Shown piece by piece: positions 12,401-52,879 of a DNA stretch of 64,000 bases. This DNA comes from the human T2T-CHM13v2.0 reference genome, Homo sapiens. The DNA is taken from NCBI RefSeq assembly GCF_009914755.1, contig NC_060943.1. One strand, 5' to 3'. Positions within the stretch are counted from its first letter, which is position 1; every line of letters starts with the position of its first letter. Below the pieces are notes generated by a model. The model did not search any database. It worked only from the letters and a program-made list of their open reading frames with translations, and was not told the origin of the DNA. Made by a program: the position numbers and the translations under genes.

Positions 12401-14139
12401 AGGTTTGTACCTGTAAACGCCTCAAAGTCTTGCTTTTGGGGAGGGGGTGCGAGGGGAAAAATTGAATTTTATGTTCTCTGAAAGAGTAAAAACCCGGCAT
12501 GGATTTTCAACACCTAACAACTCCATTGCAGCTGGTGGACTCTAAGAAGTAGGGCAAGAAGCAGGCTTGGGTTCCCAGGCATCAGACCAAGTGAGGCGAG
12601 GGGCAGGTTTCGGGTTGAGGCTGCAGAGGGAGCCCCCGCACCCCCTCTCTGGGGTGGGGAAGGCTGTTGGACCCGGCTTGGCTCTCTGGAGAGCGAAAGT
12701 TATGACTGCCAAGACCTATAGCTGGGGCTATAAAACTGGGCCCCAAGCCAAAAATAGGCACTTCGGCAGAACAGGCAACTTTGTGCAGGGTGGGGGCTGG
12801 AGGGAAATGGAAGTGGGAAGAATCCTGGAGTGGAGGGAACAGGGGGGAGGGGGGGAGTCCCTGAAGCGGGGCTGCTGGCTCCATTTTATGAAAGATGGGA
12901 AGACTGATGGCTGGGGAGGGCTTGGAATCCTCAGGGAAGGGAATCCATTCAAGTGAGGCCCAAATGTTAAAGCAGACAGCTCAGAGTTCAAAGTTGGGCT
13001 GCATCTTAGCAGCAGGGCAGACAAACCCTGATCTGAGTTTTAGAGGAGGGGGACGGGCTGAGGATGGGGATGGGGGAAACCCCCATTCCCTATATGTCCA
13101 GGGAAGAGAGTGCATTGCTAACCATGCGCTTTGCAGAATGAATGAGGAAAGGGAAAAGGGTTCCTGAGTAGGAGTGGTAAATCCACAAAACTTGAGGCAT
13201 ATCTGGATGGGAAAAATGAGTATCTAAGAAAGCCTGAATTGAATATCTGCACGGGAATTAACTTGGCCTCTAAGAATCCCTTCCTAGAAGCACGTCCCTG
13301 TGGCTAAACTGGAGGAAGTGCAGGGACACCAGACTTCCAGGCTGCCCGGGTGACCACGCACCACTGCTGTGGCAGCCTGTCACCCTCCACCGCCTTCTAC
13401 GGACAGCTGTCTTTTCACGACGGGGAAGGGATTCTTGAAAGCCAGAACCTAGGCAAATCTGGCCCCAGAGAACTTCAAAATGGAGGGATGGGTCACTTTC
13501 GTTCCTCCTTCATGCCCAGGATTTCATGGCTGCAAAGCTGTCCAGCCTTGAATCTGGGTGGCCAGGTTGGACACCGGGATCTGGGGGACCAAATATAAAG
13601 TAGGATTTGGTGAGTGCAAAACGGATCCCATCCATCTGTGGTTGACTGCAGATCCACTGGGTATGGAGGAGGGCATCCCATCTCTCTACGCCTCAATTTC
13701 CCAGTTTGAGATATTGACAGCACCAAGTAAGACCCATGAAGGCTTTGAGATGGAGGGCACTCCAGGCAGCCAGCTTTCTATAAACCCAGCAGTACCGAAA
13801 AGGGAACAGAACTTGACGCTCAGGAAAAGCTGGTCACCTCCTTGTTCTCCTGCTCCAGGCCTTTGTCCCCACCCCACCCTCCAGCCCTGAGCAGCCCACC
13901 CACTTCCCCCTACAGAGCTAGCCTAGGAGGTGGTTCTAACTTGCACTCTCCAGAGGCTACGAGAAGGAGTGGCCTTTACTTACATGAGGGAAAGCAACGA
14001 CATTCTTTAAGGCACCCTCAGTTTGGAAAACCCCAGCCGGAACCCCCCTCACCCCCGCCCCTCGCCCCTTTCTAGACCCTCTAAACCCCACTGGTCCCAG
14101 CTGGGATCGGCTCTCCAGCCTCCATCTGATCCATGTCTC

Positions 14140-14520
14140 CTGGACTTGTGAGCGGCGTGCTCAGGAGGCAAAGAGTGCGGAGGGGCTGGGGGGCGCGTAA
14201 AGAGCCCTGGCGCCCCTCAGGCCTTCGGCTGCGCAGCCGCAGTGGAGGCCGCGCCAGCAACCGGGCTCCGGGAACCAAGGCGTCCGCGCGCGCACGCAGA
14301 CTCGCCCGCGCGCCGCGTGCCCCGCGCTGCCCAGGTCGGTACCCGCGCTTCGGACACCCTGCTCCCAGGGCGCTCCTCGCTTCCAGCCTCCCACCTTGCG
14401 CCTTGGGCTCCCCATGAGCCCCGCTCCTGAGACACCCCACGCTCTGTGTATTCCGTCCCACGGGACCTCCACGCCCACGGTGCCACGCGCCTCGAGTACC
14501 CCCTGTTCTATGAACCCTGC
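14140..14520. promoter_or_regulatory. Small CpG island upstream of the ADGRL1 promoter
   Basis: Dense CpGs, including GCGCGCGCACGC (NRF1-like) near 14286. Confidence 0.7.
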
Positions 14521-15269
14521 ACCTGGACGCCCCATCTTCTGCGCACCCTGTGCTAGAGAACCCGCACGCCCAGGGTGCCCTATGCCTAGGGCACCCTGTG
14601 CTCTCCTGCGTATCTGGGACTCCACATTTTGTACGCCTAGCACCTCCAGCATCCCAGCGTCAGACACAGCTGGGCTCGCCTGTGCCTTGTCTGTCCCCTC
14701 TCTGTGCCTTCCATGTATTGCGCCCACTGCCTCGGTTGGGCCCCCAGCCTCACAGTCCTGAAGGCTCTGCTTCACCCCAGTGCTCAGCTTCCCTTTGCCT
14801 CAGGCCCAGCGCCCTCGTTCCCGGGTGCCCTGCCTCAGGCTCCTGGACAGGTCAGGGCAACGCCAGACAGCCACTGTCCACCAGGCGCCCCCAGCCCCTG
14901 TTTTCCTAGAGCCCACTCGGTATAGGATGCACAACCCTGCTGTTCATTTCACTGCTCGGTGCACGTATTCATTCCTTCCATTTACGCCTCAAACACACAG
15001 CACGCACCTTATATGCTCTTACCTGTCAGGTGCAGTGTGATGCATTGAGAATGCGCCTCCAGTGCACAGGGAACAAGGCAGGGAGCCTTCTCTGGGCGCT
15101 CCCTTCATCATGGAGAAGATGGACTCAGAATGTGTGATGGAATGAGCCCTGGAAAGTCAGCAGGTGCCAGGGAGTGGAGGATGGACCTATCCAAGCCTTG
15201 AGGTGTGGGTGAAGTTTTGTGTGTCCCTGGCCTTTCCAGAGGCTCCCTGTACCCCCATCTTAGGCAACT

Positions 15270-17560
<2,291 letters not shown>

Positions 17561-17710
17561 GGCAGGACTATTTGAAAGGCACCAGGGCTAGGCTAGCATG
17601 GTGGGAGGCCAGGAGAGGGTCTAGATTATATTCCCAGTGATACTAGGAACCCCAAGAGGGCTTTCAGAAGTGGGTGGCATGATCTTATTTGGATGTTTAA
17701 AAGATTATAG

Positions 17711-18055
17711 GGCTGGGCTTGGTGGTGTGATCCTGTATCCTAGCTGAGGCAGGAGGATTCACGCACACAGGCTTGAGCCTAGGACTTCTGGGAGGTGGTG
17801 TGTGCCATGACCATCGGCGTCAATGTGGTGACCCCCCAAGAGCAGGGGACCACCAGGTTGCCTAAGGAAGAGTCAACTGGCCCAGGTTGGAAACAGAGCA
17901 GGTCAAAACTCCTGTGTTGATCAGTAGTGGAATCACGTCTGTGAATAGCCACTGCACTCCAGCCTGGGCAACAGGGTGAGAAAAGAAAAAGACCACAGTT
18001 GGAATTATTCCCCGCCCCCAACCTATCCTCTCTAAAACCTCCCAACCCTGTCTCT
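17711..18055 (+). pseudogene. 7SL (SRP RNA) retropseudogene with an insertion near its 3' end
   Basis: Contains the 7SL S domain, which Alus lack (GGGGACCACCAGGTTGCCTAAGGA...CAGGTTGGAAACAGAGCAGGTCAAAACTCC...GATCAGTAGTGG...GTGAATAGCCACTGCACTCCAGCCTGGGCAACA). A 12-bp target site duplication (TSD) TAAAAGATTATA lies at 17698-17709 and 18408-18419. Confidence 0.92.
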
Positions 18056-18089
18056 AAAACAAAACGTTAAAGTAAAAATAAATAAAATA

Positions 18090-18407
18090 GGCCAGGCACG
18101 GTGGCTCATGCCTGTAATCCCAGCACTTTGGGAGGCCGAGGCTGGTGGATCATGAGGTCAGGAGATCGAAACCATCCTGGCTAACACAGTGAAACCCCAT
18201 CTCTACTAAAAATACAAAAAATTACCTGGGCGTGGTGGCGGGCACCTGTAGTCCCAGCTACTCGGGAGGCTGAGGCAGGAGAATAGTGTGAACGGGGGAG
18301 GCGGAGCTTTCAGTGAGCCAAGATCATGTCACTGCACTCCAACCTGGGCAACAGAGCGAGACTCTGTCTCAAAAAAACAAATCAATCAATAAAAATAAAT
18401 AAATAAA
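18090..18407 (+). mobile_element. AluY-like element inserted in the 7SL pseudogene A-tail
   Basis: Full Alu dimer with the Y-type ATCGA(A)ACCATCCTGGCTAACAC motif; lies inside the 7SL TSD pair. Confidence 0.85.
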
Positions 18408-18629
18408 TAAAAGATTATATGAGTGCTCCCTCAATAACACAGAATTACTATATGAGGCAGGAAATGGGGAGTGACTGCTAACAGGTGTGAGTTTTCTTTA
18501 GGGGATGATGAAAAACGTCTTGGAACTAGACATGATGAATGTACTATGACATGACACGACATCGTCCACCTTAAAATGGTTGGTGGTTAATTTTTTGTTG
18601 TGGGAATTTCAGCTCAATTAAAAATGCTG

Positions 18630-21809
<3,180 letters not shown>

Positions 21810-22039
21810 TTATCTCTCTCCAGTCCCAGAGATGTGGGGGGGGGGGGGTCTCGCTATGTTGTCCAGGCTGGTCTCGAACTCCTGGTCCCCACAGCATATC
21901 CTGACCTAGTTTCGTTTTCATTCATTTATCTGTCTCCCTCACTAGAATACCAACTCCCCAGTCCAGAGATGTTTGTTTCTTGTTCACTGCTGTCTACCCG
22001 GAGCCTAGGACCGATCCTGGAACATAGTAGGCGCTCAGG

Positions 22040-22260
22040 AGAAAGCGGGGGAGTGGAGGAAAGCGAGAATCCCGGAAGCCGCCGGGTTCCAGCCTGAGCA
22101 GCAGGCGGGCGTTTAAGTGGAGGCGGATTCCTAGTTAGGCACCAGCTGAAAGGGGAGCCCGGCTGGGCTGCGCTTCCTTCCCCGGCCGCTAGGGGCCGCT
22201 TCCCCGCTGCTCTGCGGCCGCCAGGTGAGGGGGCCCCGCCCCTTCTCCCCAGGTGCTCAG
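22040..22260. promoter_or_regulatory. CpG-rich element with CTCF-like (22184-22200), ETS (CCGGAAG) and GC-box motifs
   Basis: Local CpG cluster with GGCCGCTAGGGGCCGC, CCCGGAAGC and CCCCGCCCC. Confidence 0.45.
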
Positions 22261-23559
22261 GGAGTTGGGGTGTGAGGGGACAAAGTGGGGGTGAAGGGAG
22301 AGAGCTGAGCGTGTTTGAGATGGGGGCTGCTTAAAGGAAGGGAAAAATGCGTAGGGAGGTTGGGAGGTGTGAGAAGGTGAGGAGACAGCCCGGTGTTAGG
22401 GAGAGAGGAGCGGAGAGTTGAGGGAGGTGCGGGAAGATGGGTGATCAACTGGGGAGTCCGGGAAAGTCTGGCAGGCGGAAGGCCTTGCCCTGGTGGCTCC
22501 ACTGGAGGAAATTTAGACCATGCATGGAAAAGACCGGGACGATTGAGGGGTGGGATTGGCCTGTGGGGTTGAGGATCCCAGGGAAGAAGCCCTAAGCTTT
22601 GCTGGACTTGGACTTGGCCAGTGTGTTCTGGGGAGGAAGAGGGATTTCTCAGACCCAGATCCCTCAGACCAGCAACGGGGAGGGACTTCTCCTTTGAGGA
22701 GTGAGATGTGCCTGGCAAGCTCACCAGCTAGCTTTTGCAGAACGTGTGGCCAGTAAGTGGCTTATTCAACCTGGCACTGACTCTGCCTCTCTCTCCTTCA
22801 AGCCTCAGGGCCAGGATTCATTGTGTAATGAATTGAGTGGTGGGAAAACAGCAATGAATGAGACAGATCCAGTCCCGGCACTGGCCAGTCCTGGCACAAA
22901 GAAGGCTGCCCAGCCCTGGGGAAGTGACAGGTAAACTGAGGCAGGGACCTGCTGGCTTTAAATAGCAGTCCCCCTCATGGTGATCTGGGCAGAGAGGACC
23001 ACTCATATGGAGGCTCTGAGGCTGTTACCAAGAAAAAAGCCGGCAGGATCCAAGCTGCAATAGTGTGATAGGGAGTGTTGGGGTCTGCGGCAACCCAGAA
23101 ATGCCTGCCAGGTCTAAAGGGATCCTGTGTTTGGGATTAAGGTGGATGTGGGGGCTTGCAGGCTCTGTGGAATGGAGATAGGTTGGGAAGGGGGTTGGGA
23201 ATAGGAGTGAGGGGTTATAGGTGGGTCCCAGAGAGGTAGAGGTGATGGCCACGGGAAGGTAGAAGGTGACTCCTAACCTTGCATGAGCTCATTTCAGGGG
23301 ACACAAAGCCAAATGCTGACCAGGGAATGAAAATGCAGAAATTGGGCAGGTGTGAGGCGGTGGTGAAGGACAGGATAGCTGAAGTTGCACCACCCCCCCT
23401 TTTCCTTAGGCACCCGCTTGCTACCACTCAGCTCCAGCTGTGCGCTACCACGTGGGAACTCAGGCTCAATGTTGCCAAAATAGCTTCTTCAAGAGAAGCC
23501 AGAAATCACGGTTGTTGCGCAAAATTCCCTGAGCTTTAAATATCCCATGGGGATCTACT

Positions 23560-24905
23560 AAAGTTAAATTGCTGCCACCCAGCAATTCCATTCCTGGGTT
23601 GATTCCCAGTGGGAACAGGAGCTTAGGGTCACCTAAAGACATATCCATGGATGTGCCTAGCAGCTTCATTCATGATCACCAAACACCAGACACCCCTTAA
23701 GTTGACCATCGACTGGCAAGTGGAAAAGAAATGGGAGGACATTCTTATAATGGAATATAACGCAGCAATGAAAAAGAATATACTACTGACGCATTCACAG
23801 CATGGATGAATCCCAGAGACATAATGTTCAGTAGGAGAAGCAAGATAACAAAGAGAATACCCCGAGTGATTTCATTCTGTGTTGTTCAAGGCCAGGCAGA
23901 AGTAACCTATGAAAAGAGTTGGGGAAGCCCAGGGTTTCCTTACTTCGGCCTCATTGACATTTGTGGCTAAATGATCCTGCGTGATGGGGGCTGTCCTGTG
24001 CACTGTAGGACGTTGAGCAGAATCCCTGGCCTCCAACCATTACGTACCAGCAGCACCCCCCAGTTGCGACAAATTTCTGTTGTTAGGGGCATAATCACCA
24101 TCAGATGGGAGCCACTGGTCCGGGTGTAGTGGCTCACACCTGTAATCCCAGCACTTTGGGAGGCCGAGGCGGGTGGATCACTTGAGGCCAGGAGTTCAAG
24201 CCCAGCCTGGCCAACATGGTGAAACCCTGTCTCTACTAAAAATACAAAAAAATTAGCCAGACATGGTGGCGTGTGCTTATAGTCCCAGCTACGTGGGAGG
24301 CTGAGGCAGGAGAATTGCTTGAACCCAGGAGGCAGAGGTTGCAGTGAGCAAAGAAAGATAGCACCACTGCACTCCAGCCTGGGTAACAGAGCAAGACTAC
24401 GTCTCAAAAAAAAAAAAAAAAAAAAAAAAAGCCACTGGCTTGGTGATGTTTTGAGGCAGCCCACTTCCTGGAAAGTAGCCCAGGGAGCCTCCTGGGAGAC
24501 TGGACTGTTCTTGATCTTGAACTAGGTGACAGTGATAAGGGTGAAATGTATTTCAAAAATCCACGGACCTGTGCTCCTAAGATTTATGTGTTTCACAATA
24601 AAGACATTAACTCTACAACATGGATGACCCTTGAAAACATTTGGAAAAGTGAAAGAAGCCGGACACAGAGGGTCACATAGTGTATGACTTCCTTTATATG
24701 AAATGCCCAAAACAGGTAAACACATAGGGACAGAAACAGATTGGTGGTTGCCAGGGGATGGGGGATGGGGAATGGAGATTGACTGCTAGTGGGGATAGGG
24801 CTTCTTTTGGGGGTGATGGAAATGTTCTGTAATTAGAGGTGATAGTTGCACAACTCTTTGAGTATACAAAAGTCCAGTGAATTGTACATTTTAAAATGTA
24901 CAATT
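23560..24905. mobile_element. Old L1M 3' fragments, an antisense MER20 (~23930-24115) and an Alu (24118-24430)
   Basis: L1M 3'UTR-like motifs (GCAATGAAAAAGAA, ACAACATGGATGACCCTTGAAAACATT, GGTGATGGAAATGTTCT) and reverse MER20. Confidence 0.65.
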
Positions 24906-24906
24906 G

Positions 24907-25854
<948 letters not shown>

Positions 25855-26551
25855 TTATTCCAAAAAGGAATTTAAAATTTTTTTTTAATTTTTTTTAAAA
25901 AAGGAATTTTTTAAAAACAAGGAGTTAACCACACAGGCCAAACAACACATCTGGGGCCAGTTTGGCCCCAGGGCTGCCGTCATTTGGGAATGGAGGGAAA
26001 GGAAGGGGACGGGGTGGGGGGGTGGGAGGGTAATGCACCATCCAGGAGTTGTGGGCGTTCTTGGTGAAGGGTGGGGGATGACGCAACTTGGAGGCAAAAG
26101 AAAGTATGTCTCGGCTCAGGGGAGCGCTCCCTCTTAACCCAACCTGTCAGCCCTGGAAAGAAATCAGCTACGGGTCGGAGGCCAGCCAGCGAACTGTCAA
26201 GGAAGTGCAGAGTTCTGACGAGTTAGAGAAATGACAACCGCTCAGCCCCGCCCGGCCTGACACCCTGGCGGTGGCATGATGAAGTGGTGCTTGCCGGGTG
26301 GGCGGAGGATGCTCTCTGCGAGCTTGCGGGAAAGTGGGGGTGCTCACCCGAGTTCTTCTGCAGTGTGAAGAGAGGTGGGTTCGGCCTCCCTGGTAACAAA
26401 GGGCGGACGGGGTGGCATTTGCCCCTACCCATCCCTCCTGGAGGGAGAGCCATTCCCGTGGGTGCAAGGAAGAGAGAAGACAGCGGGCTTCTGGGGGCAC
26501 GGCTGGGGGTGCAGGGTCTGAGTCTCCGTTGGCTTCAAAAAACTGAATGAT

Positions 26552-27389
<838 letters not shown>

Positions 27390-27390
<1 letters not shown>

Positions 27391-27767
27391 GCATATAACT
27401 TTGGACTTCCCAAAAACTTAACCACTGATAGCCTATGGTTGATCAAAAGCCTTACCAATGACATAAACAATCCATGAACTCGTATTCTGTATGTTCTATA
27501 TATTACATACAGTATTCTTAGAATAAAGTAAGCTAGAAAAAAGAAATGTTATGAAAATCATGAGAAAGAGAAAATGTATTTACCGTTCATGAAGTGGAAG
27601 TGGATTACCATAACCGTCTCCATCCACGAGTCTTCCGATGGAATAGGCTGAGGAGGAAGAGGAAGAAGAGGGGTTGTCTCAGGGGTGGCAGAGGCGGAAC
27701 AACATCCACTTACAAGGGGACTCAGGCAGTTATGGCTCAAGCCCGTGTTGTTCAAAGGTCAACTGTA
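27390..27767 (+). mobile_element. Tigger2/MER8-like DNA transposon fragment
   Basis: Ends CCCGTGTTGTTCAAAGGTCAACTG-TA, a Tigger2-type terminal repeat with a TA target. Confidence 0.65.
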
Positions 27768-27771
27768 ATAG

Positions 27772-30230
<2,459 letters not shown>

Positions 30231-30354
30231 CATACTCAATTATAAGGGCAATAATCTCACCCATGAGAATGGGGCCCTCCTGGCCTAATCACTTCCCAAG
30301 AACCCCAACTCTTCCAACATATGGATTTGGAAGGGACACAGACATTCAAACCAT

Positions 30355-30727
30355 AGCAGTGACCTTATTTGGACAAAGCGTTTTTGCAGATGTAATTAAG
30401 TTAAGGATTTTGCAATGAGATCATCCTGGATTAGGGTGGCCCAAAATCCAATGATAAATGACCTTAGAAGAGAAGGGGGTTAGACACAGAGAAGAAGGCC
30501 AAGTGAAGACAGGCAGGGCTTTCAGCAGTACAGACACAAGCAAGGAACCATCAGAGGCTGGAAGAAAAAAGGACGAATCCTCACCTGGTGCCTTCGGAGG
30601 GATTGCAGCCCTGCACCACCCTGATTGCAACCTCTGGCCTCCGGAATGGTGAAATAATAAATTCTTGTTGTTTCCAGCCACCTAGTTTATGGTAATGTAT
30701 TTCAGCAGCCCCAGGAAATGAACACAG
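30355..30727 (+). mobile_element. MLT1-type MaLR LTR
   Basis: GACCTTATTTGG...TTTGCAGATGTAATTAAGTTAAG...GAGATCATCCTGGATTAGGGTGG...AATAAATTC...GCAGCCCCAGGAAATGAACACA. Confidence 0.75.
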
Positions 30728-31402
30728 GCCCTGATATCCAATTCCACAAGCACTTGATGAAGCGTCAGGAAGGGCCCGTGGTACAGTGGAGGGGGAGGGA
30801 AACTCGAAAATGGGGAGTGTTGAGAAACGGATGGACAGTGAGGTGGAGGACCAGAGAGGCTTTTTTTTCTTTTCTTCTTTTTTTTTTTTTTAGACAGGAC
30901 CTCTCTTCGTCACCCAGGCTAGAATGCAGTGGCGCAGTCGACCTCCTGGGTTCAAGCGATCCTCCTGCCTCAGCCTCCCGAGTAGCTGGGACTACAGGCA
31001 CATGCTATCATGCATGGCTAATTATTTATTTATTTTTTGTAGAGATGGGGTGTCACTGTGTTGCCCAGGCTAGTCTTGAGCTCCTGGCTTCAAGCCATCC
31101 TCCTGTCTTGGCCTCCCAAAGTGCTGAGATTACAGGCTTGAGCCACCATGCCCAGACTGGGGAACCTCTTTATAGCAGAGGTGATGACCCAGAACTGAGC
31201 TGGAGCATGCCACAAACCTACAGGGACAGCCAGTAGGTAATATAAATACGCCAAGCAGCCAAGATAAAAAGACTGACTGCACCAGCAACGGAACAGCTTC
31301 AGTGTCAGGGAGACAGTAAGGGGGGGTGGGACTATGGCAAATAATGATAAGAATGAGTAACATTTATCAGCACTTGCTAAGCCCGTTCCTTATATAGCAT
31401 GA

Positions 31403-31669
<267 letters not shown>

Positions 31670-31897
31670 TAGGCCTCCCAAAGTGCTGGGATTACAGGCA
31701 TGAGCCACCACGCCCAGACAAGATTTCATCTTTAGAGGAAGTCAGGCATCCAGATTTTTATGCAAAAATCACCTGAGGTCTGGCACTGGTGGCTCAGGCC
31801 TGTAATCCCAGCACTTTGGGAGGCTGAGGGGGGCGAATCACTTGAGTTCAAGAGCTCAAGGCCGCCTGACCAACATGGTGAAACCCTGCCTCTACTA

Positions 31898-32026
<129 letters not shown>

Positions 32027-32124
32027 CTACAGCCTGGGCGACACAGCGAGACGCCATCTCAAAAACAAAAACAACAACAACAACAATGAAAAAGCAGCCT
32101 GTATTTAAAAGCTAGCAAGTCATG

Positions 32125-32513
<389 letters not shown>

Positions 32514-33469
32514 TTACATCTGTGGGCTGGATTCAGCTCTGGGGCGGACACAGAGGGAGGGGCGGGGCATTTAGTGAAGGCGATGCAAAGCATCATGGGT
32601 GAGTTGGGGACCACATGGGCCAGGGGGTTTGACTAGGTGGTGCCTAGGCGGGTGCCAGCATGTTTGTCGGGGCTGGCGCGGTGGAGGGGGCGTGGTTTAA
32701 ACTGAACAGGTGTTTTGGGTCTAGGTTGGAAAGGACCTTTGGAGCCACGATAACATTTTTCAATTTTGAACAAGTCAGTGATAGCTTTTAAACAGCTGAA
32801 TGACTCAGTCATGCCTGTCTGTCCCCATCCCCCAATCCCAACACCCAGAAAGCTGTGAATCAGGCTTTCTTTGGGGGTGGAGGGACAGTAGATCCATCCA
32901 TGAAGGAAACAAACTAAACAGCCCCCGTCTTCCAGCGCGCTCACAGCCGCCGGGGAGAGGGGGAAGGTGTCCTTAGTAAGGTTAGGATAGGATGGCAGCC
33001 GTGATGGTGGGACCGTGGCAGAGGGTTAGTGGTTGTCTGCAGATATGGGAGCCACTGCTATGTGTTCAATGCACTAAGGATGCAACGACGAACAGGACAG
33101 ACATGGCCCTGCCTTCAAGGAAAAAGACTGTGAAGGAGGAAGGAAATAAGGAGAGACGGTAATTCCAGGGGGTGATGAGAAAATGTAAAAATTAAAATAG
33201 CAGGATGGGGGATGGGGCTCAGATCGGCAGCCTACAGGCCCAGGAGACAGAGCGGGTGGGCAGGAGGATGGAGGATGGGGAGCGGGGGTCCTCAGTGGCT
33301 CACAAGCCACCGCTTGCTCCCTGGGACCCAGCAGCCTGGCTGGGCCTCTGTCTCCCCAGAATCACCCTATCACACCAAGAACAAACCCACGGCTGACATA
33401 GATTCCTGACTCCGAGCCCAAGCAAGGGGGAGAAAGGGGAGGAAAAAAACACCCATCTGTTCTTCCTCT

Positions 33470-33665
33470 GATGGAATGTGATTTTTCACCCAGTGCTTAA
33501 ACCTCGAGCTTCTCCTCCCATTTCCTCTCGGCAGCCGCAGCGACGCGATATAAATCGCTGTAAATGGGTTTTCCCGGCCGGTTGCCGTGTTGTTTTAATA
33601 ATGGTTCATTTTCTGCCTGGGGGGAAAAATAGTTGGTAAAGAAATTGAGGAGGGGGGGTTCATTT
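33470..33665. promoter_or_regulatory. Candidate distal enhancer (unique, CpG-retaining block)
   Basis: Non-repeat island between Alu clusters that retains CpGs and has AT-rich motifs; followed by (TG)n. Confidence 0.45.
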
Positions 33666-40190
<6,525 letters not shown>

Positions 40191-40343
40191 TGCCACTTAC
40201 ACCTGACAGCTCCCAGTGGCGTCCCCCACCTCTCACCTCTCTGCTGACCTTCACCTGCCCCCCAGATGTCTCTGCTGGAAACCCAGTGGGCACACCCAAG
40301 TATCACACCGGAAGCAGACTCTTCATCACACTCCAGACCTGTT

Positions 40344-40528
40344 TCCTCCTCTGTCCTCCCCGCTCCTCTGTCCTCCCTGCTCCTCTGTCCTCCCCGCTCC
40401 TCTGTCCTCCCCTCCTCTGTCCTCCCCGCCCCTCTGTCCTCCCCCCTCCTCTGTCCTCCCCCCTCCTCTGTCCTCCGCCTCCTCTGTCCTCCCCCCTCCT
40501 CTGTCCTCCCCCCTCCTGTGTCCTCCCC
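40344..40528. repeat. Minisatellite of ~14-18 bp units (CCTCTGTCCTCCCC core)
   Basis: About 11 imperfect tandem copies are directly visible. Confidence 0.92.
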
Positions 40529-40569
40529 AAATCAGTTAATGACACATCATCGTCCTCTATTGGTGCAGG

Positions 40570-43050
<2,481 letters not shown>

Positions 43051-43099
43051 CTTTTTAATTGAGATGCATCCATGCCCATTTGCTTTTTGTTGTTGTTAG

Positions 43100-51690
<8,591 letters not shown>

Positions 51691-52879
51691 AGAGAACAGC
51701 CAGTGGGAAGTCCCAGAAATGGGCACACACTGGGTGTGTCTGGGGTGCAGTGAGGGGCCCCCTGTGGCTGAGGCGAAAGTCTAGGGATTATTGCACCCAC
51801 TTTGCACGTGTGACCTTCCACAATTCTTCACACAGCGACTCCTTCACAACAGTCTCATGACATAGGTTTTTATAATTCTCCTCTCTTGACGGGCGGGGAA
51901 ACTGAGGCTCAGGGTGGCTAATTGAGCCACAGCCAGAAAGCAATGGAGCTCCAATCTGAATCCAGGCAGCCTGCCCCCACTGCCGAACTCCAAGGGAAAC
52001 ACAGTAGGGAGCCAATGCCAGCAGGCTGGGAGGGCTGCCTGGAGGAGGTGGATGTCACCAGGACCTGCGGGAGGACCCTGAGGAGCAGGGAGGGAGGGAG
52101 CTGCCGCTGACCAAGGCACAAAAACATGTTCCTGGGGCAGTTCTTGGAAGGCAGATTTCCAGGTGCCTGCCCCCAATGTGGCCCTGCCTCCCGCTCCCCC
52201 TGGCCCCCTCTTCCTAGAGGGAAGGCGGCAAGAGGCGCTTCATTAGCGCCTCTGAGGCCCCAGCAGCCCCGGGGGGATGAAAAGGGCCTAGGAGGGGAGC
52301 CGTCCTAATTTTGGCACACCTGGCAGGGGGCCCAGGGCCACTGAAAGGGATTCAGCTGGGGCCGGCTGGGCAGGCCCCGTCATTGTTCCGGCTAGATCCG
52401 CGGTCAGGGCTTCAAATGCAAAATCGGGCTGGGGATGGGGTGGGGGCGCCGGTGGCCTCTGCTCTTCCTTTAATAGACCAAAGGACTCTGGCGGCTTAGC
52501 TCTTTTTCCTAATTTAAAGGTATTTTCAGGCGTTTGGGAGCTCCCCTACGGCGAAGCAGGAAGGCTGGGAAGTGGGGGGCCTTGAAACTCTCTTCGTGGT
52601 TGCCCGCGGAGGATGGAGGAAAAGGCGGGGAGGAGGGGGGCTGAGGTTGGTCTGGGGTCACTGGTGGGGCGCTGGGCAGGTGGAGACCCGTGTTGAGTTC
52701 TCGGCTGTCCTCTGCCCCAGTTTCCCTCTCTGGAACCTCTGTCTGGTTTCTGGAACCGTCCCCAGCAGGTAGGACGGATGCAGGTGTGCCCAAACGGCAG
52801 TTTCTTCCTAAGGAGCTCTTTCGGGTCAACTCCGGAGGCCTTGACTAGGGAGGCAGATGGAGGAGGCTTGATCCCTCTC

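Noticed and set aside
17711-18055. Functional 7SL RNA gene
   Set aside because: It has many substitutions and indels, a 3' insertion, an A-tail and a TSD, so it is a retrocopy.
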